DNA of 64,000 bases from an uncultured Clostridia bacterium (GTDB lineage: Bacteria > Bacillota > Clostridia > Oscillospirales > Ruminococcaceae), in the NCBI GenBank assembly GCA_947629335.1, contig CANRDI010000010.1:693-64692 (forward strand), written 5' to 3'. A program made the translations under genes and the position numbers. Below are positions 59,988-64,000 of this stretch, in pieces (within the stretch, counting starts at the first letter, position 1; each line of letters starts with the position of its first letter). The notes under the pieces are model-generated. The model saw only the letters and a program-made list of their open reading frames with translations, was not told the DNA's origin and ran no database searches.

Positions 59988-60923
59988 TTAAATGTAAAGA
60001 GCATAGCTGTGATTGAAGCTGTCGCCCTTTTGTGCAAGCATAAAATGTACGTTTTCAAACGCCGTAAGGCTGTCGTTTCTGTCGCTGAAAAAACGACGCT
60101 GTATGTTTTTGGGAGGTTCGTGGGTGTTGATGATAAAGCCGTTTTGAGTTATCATCTCGCTTATTTCCTCCGCCGAATAACCGTATTTCATAGGTTCTCC
60201 GAGAAATGCCGTTATTTTTGAAAGCTCATAAACGCGCTCTGCGGCGTTTTCACCGAATGTTGTTTCATCGGGAAAATCAAAGCATAACATACTCCCGAAT
60301 GACGATGCGGACGCTATTTTACAAAGCGTTTCCGAAAGCGCATTCGGAGCAAGATAATACAAAACTCCGAGAAGCGCGAAAAACGACGGCTTTGACGGGT
60401 CAAATCCCGCTTTTATTAGCTCGGTAGGCATATCGTCTTTCATAAAATCGACCGCGGCAAATCGGACGTTTTTAGGGATATTCCAGCCGAGCTTTTTTAT
60501 CCTGTCCAGCTTATATTGCTGAGTATCGGGGTGGTCAATCTCAAAAACGAAGATTTTGTCGTTTGTGTTTCTGAAAGCAAAGGTGTCCATTCCCGCGCCG
60601 CAGATTACATACTGACAACTCCCGCGCTCAAATGCGAACCTTAAAAGCTCTCTTTCGGCAAACGCCGCCCTCGAAAGCGGAATAGGCGAAATAAGCCTGT
60701 CTAACTTTTCGCGGATATCCGCCCCGCAAAACGTATGCGACGGGTCGAAAAGCTCCGAGTGAAAATCGTGTTCTATAAGCTGTCCAATATCCTCGTATTC
60801 GTCCTTTCCCATTAAATCAAAAGCTAAATAGTCGTCGAAAATCTTTGCCTTTGCGAAATTCGAGTGATACGCCCGCGCGAAAGAGCAGAGCTTTGCGGTC
60901 GCGCTTTCCTGCAATTCAATCAT
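59988..60923 (-). CDS. Class I SAM-dependent methyltransferase (LCM/TIGR00027-like)
   Basis: SRAAFAE, QYVICGAG.DT.A.R, FEIDHP.TQ..K and F.AVDF; ATG at 60923 after GAAAGGA. Confidence 0.88.
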   Translation of the reverse strand: MIELQESATAKLCSFARAYHSNFAKAKIFDDYLAFDLMGKDEYEDIGQLIEHDFHSELFDPSHTFCGADIREKLDRLISPIPLSRAAFAERELLRFAFERGSCQYVICGAGMDTFAFRNTNDKIFVFEIDHPDTQQYKLDRIKKLGWNIPKNVRFAAVDFMKDDMPTELIKAGFDPSKPSFFALLGVLYYLAPNALSETLCKIASASSFGSMLCFDFPDETTFGENAAERVYELSKITAFLGEPMKYGYSAEEISEMITQNGFIINTHEPPKNIQRRFFSDRNDSLTAFENVHFMLAQKGDSFNHSYALYI

Positions 60924-60934
60924 AAAATTCCTTT

Positions 60935-61063
60935 CCGAACACAAAATTCCCGCTCGTTTCGTGCAATCCGATTTTGCAGAAAGAGCGGGAATTTCAGAGT
61001 TCATTCATTTGTCCTGTTTACTCAAAAAATGCCCGCTTGTATTTTTTACAACAACAAACGGGC
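60935..61063 (-). promoter_or_regulatory. Four-segment attenuator (1:2, 2:3 antiterminator, 3:4 terminator)
   Basis: Minus strand: seg1 GCCCGTTTGT (61054-63), seg2 ACAAGCGGGC (61031-40), seg3 AAATTCCCGCTC (60983-94), seg4 GAGCGGGAATTT (60944-55) then TGTGTT. AGCGGG of seg2 pairs with CCCGCT of seg3. Confidence 0.75.
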
Positions 61064-61131
61064 GCAGCAATGCCGCCGAGAATTTTACCCTCGGTTGTCG
61101 ATATTGCTAAAGCGGAAATTTTCATAGTCAT
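61018..61131 (-). CDS. Cys-rich leader peptide (37 aa, CCC at codons 26-28)
   Basis: AAGAGGT RBS right after the cysK stop; MTMKISALAISTTEGKILGGIAAPVCCCKKYKRAFFE; TGT TGT TGT at 61048-61056. Confidence 0.75.
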   Translation of the reverse strand: MTMKISALAISTTEGKILGGIAAPVCCCKKYKRAFFE

Positions 61132-61144
61132 AACAGTACCTCTT

Positions 61145-62062
61145 TTATTCGGAAAACATCGGAGTTGAAAGATAGCGTTCGCCTGTGTCGGGCAAAAGCA
61201 CAACGATTGTTTTGCCCTTGTTTTCGGAACGTTTGGAAAGTTCCGAAGCCGCGTAAACTGCCGCTCCGGATGAAATTCCAACAAGCAGACCCTCTTTTCT
61301 CGCGAGCATTCTGCCCGTTTCAAAAGCGTCCTCGTTTTCAACGGCGATTATCTCGTCGTATACGGACGTATTGAGCGTATCGGGAACAAATCCCGCGCCT
61401 ATGCCCTGAATTTTGTGAGGACCGGAAGTTCCCTTTGACAGCACGGGCGAACCCGCAGGCTCAACAGCGACGACCTTGATTTCGGGATTTTTGGATTTAA
61501 GATACTCGCCAACTCCCGTAACAGTGCCGCCCGTGCCTACTCCCGCGACGAAAATATCGACCTTTCCGTCGGTATCCTCCCATATTTCGGGACCCGTTGA
61601 AGCACGATGCGCGGCAGGGTTTGCGGGGTTTGTAAACTGGCTCGGAATAAAGCTTTTCGGCGTATTTTCGGCAAGTTCGCGCGCTTTTTCAATTGCGCCT
61701 TTCATGCCCTTTGCGCCCTCTGTCAGCACAACCTCCGCGCCATATGCTTTAAGCAAATTTCTGCGCTCAATGCTCATGGTTTCGGGCATTGTGAGGATTA
61801 TTCTGTATCCTCTCGCCGCCGCGACCGCCGCAAGCCCTATTCCCGTATTGCCGCTTGTCGGCTCGATAATGACCGAATCGGGTTTAAGAAGTCCTTTTGC
61901 CTCGGCGTCATCGATCATCGCCTTTGCAATTCTGTCCTTAACGCTGCCCGCGGGATTGAAATATTCAAGCTTTGCGTATATCTTCTTGTCTTTTCCAAGG
62001 CTTGAAAGCTTTAAAAGCGGCGTTTTGCCTATAAGGTCGGTTATTTTTTCATAGATTTTCAT
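61145..62062 (-). CDS. cysK: Cysteine synthase A
   Basis: [41 protein letters not shown] and [10 protein letters not shown]. Confidence 0.96.
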   Translation of the reverse strand: MKIYEKITDLIGKTPLLKLSSLGKDKKIYAKLEYFNPAGSVKDRIAKAMIDDAEAKGLLKPDSVIIEPTSGNTGIGLAAVAAARGYRIILTMPETMSIERRNLLKAYGAEVVLTEGAKGMKGAIEKARELAENTPKSFIPSQFTNPANPAAHRASTGPEIWEDTDGKVDIFVAGVGTGGTVTGVGEYLKSKNPEIKVVAVEPAGSPVLSKGTSGPHKIQGIGAGFVPDTLNTSVYDEIIAVENEDAFETGRMLARKEGLLVGISSGAAVYAASELSKRSENKGKTIVVLLPDTGERYLSTPMFSE

Positions 62063-62086
62063 AGCAATTTCTCCTTATTAGCCTAT

Positions 62087-62137
62087 AATACCTATCTGTA
62101 TAGTAGTTATTATAGCACAATATATCAATTTTGTCAA
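62087..62137 (-). promoter_or_regulatory. cysK sigma-A promoter with operator copy 2 over the start site
   Basis: TTGACA-17-TATAAT (62109-62137) followed by AACTACTATACAGATAGGTATT (62087-62108). Confidence 0.7.
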
Positions 62138-62215
62138 TACCTAAATATAAATTTTCACATATTTTAGAAAATTTTTAACTGAAATGCAGTCGGGCTCGGG
62201 TTTAAGCCTGATTTT

Positions 62216-63298
62216 TTAATTGCAGGCGGCAGGAACGGGAAGCGCAGCTATTCGCCGCCTTAATTCCTCTTTTGAAACGTTGCAGGCGCGGCAATTCGGG
62301 TTTTTGCGACGGATATTTATTGTTCTCTCTTGCATTGAAAGTCCGTTTATTGTCCACAATTTTCCCGAAAGCAGCTCTCCCGCTCCTGTCAGATATTTTA
62401 TACATTCAAGTGCCTGAGTGCTGCCGATTATTCCCGCGATTGCTCCTATAACTCCCGCCTGAGAGCAATTCGGGACGTCGCCCGGAATGTCCTCGAACAA
62501 GCACCTTAAACACGGCGTATTTTCGGGAACATATGTCATAACCTGCCCGTCAAATCTTAAAATTCCGCCGAAGCAAAACGGCTTATCCAGAAGCACGCAC
62601 ACGTCGTTTATCAGAAACTTGGTTTCAAAATTGTCCGAGCCGTCGATAACGAAATCGTATTCGCTTATCAAATTTTCAGCGTTTTTCGGTGTAAGGCTGA
62701 AAGGATACGCCGTGATTTCAATCCCGGAATTCAGCGCAAGCAGATTTTCTTTTGCGGAGAGTGCTTTGTTTTTTCCTTCAAACGAAGTTTTGTGGAGGAT
62801 TTGACGCTGAAGATTTGAAATGCTCACAAAATCGCCGTCGATAATTCCGAGCTTGCCGACTCCCGCTCCTGCAAGATACAGCGCGGCAGGCGACCCAAGA
62901 CCTCCTGCCCCGACAATAAGCGCCGAGGAGTTTTTCAGCTTTTGCTGACCCTTATCGCCTATTTCGGGCAGAATTATCTGACGGTCATAACGCAAAAGTT
63001 CATTTTCCGAAAGGCTGTCAGAGCTGCCCGCAAGCCATTTCCGATAGCCTCCCGCAAGACTTTTTGCGTTAAATCCCTTCTCCGCTAACTTTTCGGCAAA
63101 CTCCGCACTTCTTTCGCCGACAGCGCAGTATAAAATTATGACTTTATTTTCGGGCAGGCAGTTGAAAACGTCCTCCCACAATACGGCGTTTGGAAGATGT
63201 CCGTTTTCAAACGCAGTCCTCCCGCGAATGTCAGCTAAAATATACTCGCTTTCATCAAGCCGCGAAAGCTCGTCACAAGTTATCTCAATAACGCTCAT
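62216..63298 (-). CDS. N-terminal rhodanese fused to a ThiF/MoeB adenylyltransferase
   Basis: ILYCAVGERS rhodanese loop; RYDRQI, VGAGGLG, D.V..SNLQRQ, DG.DNF, CLRC and CRAC Zn motifs. Confidence 0.9.
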   Translation of the reverse strand: MSVIEITCDELSRLDESEYILADIRGRTAFENGHLPNAVLWEDVFNCLPENKVIILYCAVGERSAEFAEKLAEKGFNAKSLAGGYRKWLAGSSDSLSENELLRYDRQIILPEIGDKGQQKLKNSSALIVGAGGLGSPAALYLAGAGVGKLGIIDGDFVSISNLQRQILHKTSFEGKNKALSAKENLLALNSGIEITAYPFSLTPKNAENLISEYDFVIDGSDNFETKFLINDVCVLLDKPFCFGGILRFDGQVMTYVPENTPCLRCLFEDIPGDVPNCSQAGVIGAIAGIIGSTQALECIKYLTGAGELLSGKLWTINGLSMQERTINIRRKNPNCRACNVSKEELRRRIAALPVPAACN

Positions 63299-63313
63299 TT
63301 CGTCAACACCCTA

Positions 63314-63378
63314 AATTCATATATACTTAGTAGATTAATTGCAAATTTAATTATACAATAATTATCAGGATTTGTCAA
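63314..63378 (-). promoter_or_regulatory. Promoter of the rhodanese-ThiF gene with operator copy 3
   Basis: TTGACA-17-TATAAT (63350-63378) and downstream ATCTACTAAGTATATATGAATT (63314-63335). Confidence 0.7.
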
Positions 63379-63602
63379 GAGGGGTGATAGTTTTATAATT
63401 GTAAGAAATAAGAGTTTGTACAAAAGCTTGTTACCATAATTGGGCAAATTCCTGTATAAAAGAAATAAGAGATAAGAATTTAAATTCTTACCTCTTAATT
63501 TCTAAATGTCTAACCTTTACAAAAAAGATTTTTTCGGTCGAGCCAAAAGAAATCGTCCCGCAACAGCGTGCGGGACGTACCGGCTGCAGGGCATTGCCCT
63601 GC

Positions 63603-63627
63603 TGGAGCTGGTGAACGGACTCGAACC
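63603..63627 (-). other. att-site-like 3' fragment of a tRNA-Thr
   Basis: GGTTCGAGTCCGTTCACCAGCTCCA = T-loop, acceptor 3' strand and CCA; 5' part of the tRNA absent; GC hairpins follow as expected for a tRNA 3' flank. Confidence 0.75.
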
Positions 63628-63673
63628 CCGACCATGTGTTGTTGGTAAGGAGACTCAATTCTTGATGTTCGCT

Positions 63674-64000
63674 TTATGGCGTGTTCAATTTTCCGATAAA
63701 CCTGTAAAATATCTCGATTTGCTGATATGTTCTGCCGTCATCGGATTTTTCCTTGTGGTGAACCACAATTTTATCGATCAACTCGTTGAGGATTGCCGCG
63801 TCAAGCTTTTCGACATTTGTATACTTGCGTATCACATTGATGAACTTAGCCGCACAGTCGGAATTGCTTTTCAGCTTCTCAAGCCGTACTGAAAGTTCCG
63901 AGAGAGACTACCTGATTTCTGCTTGTTCGGTTTCGTATTCGCTTGCCATACGTTCATAACGGCTGTCGGGTATTTTGCCAAGCGCGTTGTTCTCATACAG
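63674..64000 (-). pseudogene. C-terminus of a large serine recombinase (TnpX/DUF4368-like) with a premature stop; truncated by the window edge
   Basis: LYE....G.I...RY..M...YE.EQ..I R* ...KYT.VEKL...ILNELIDKIVVH.....G..YQQIEIFYRFIG; TAG at 63908-63910. Confidence 0.85.

Noticed and set aside
60923-61144. T-box or S-box upstream of the methyltransferase-mccBA operon
   Set aside because: No GGTGG.ACCGCG T-box motif or SAM-I core is present; the leader-peptide model fits better.
63603-63633. Intact tRNA-Thr gene
   Set aside because: The T-stem 5' strand is mismatched and there is no anticodon or D arm.

Overview
A 64-kb chromosomal window from a low-to-moderate GC clostridial bacterium. The gene set and proteins look Oscillospiraceae/Ruminococcus-like (my inference). 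Both edges carry 3'-tRNA fragments typical of integrated-element att sites: tRNA-Pro-like at 115-137 and tRNA-Thr-like at 63603-63627, the latter next to a broken serine recombinase. The first ~9.3 kb is accessory: a dead IS200, tspO, a TM1266-family gene plus SsuA-type ABC operon behind an unassigned attenuator leader, orphan genes, and a BspA LRR gene bracketed by ~200-bp REPIN-like palindromic repeats, including a 3 x 208-bp tandem array. The middle is mostly core: a lysine riboswitch-asd-dapA-dapB-ACT-mscS operon, queA, a Gld-like ABC system, rimP-nusA-infB-rbfA-truB-ribF, sigH-like/rpmG-secE-nusG-rplK-rplA, fucO and gdhA. The last ~16 kb is a sulfur-metabolism block with three highlights. 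(1) A 37-aa leader peptide with three consecutive Cys codons and a textbook 1:2/2:3/3:4 attenuator sits between cysK and a methyltransferase-mccB-mccA operon. (2) An ABC importer + 4-subunit 2-oxoacid:ferredoxin oxidoreductase + PaaK-like CoA ligase + YbdL-like aminotransferase operon may build a sulfur amino acid from an imported thio-acid by reductive carboxylation. (3) A shared ~22-bp operator lies at three of these promoters. All annotations come from reading motifs; no database search was run.
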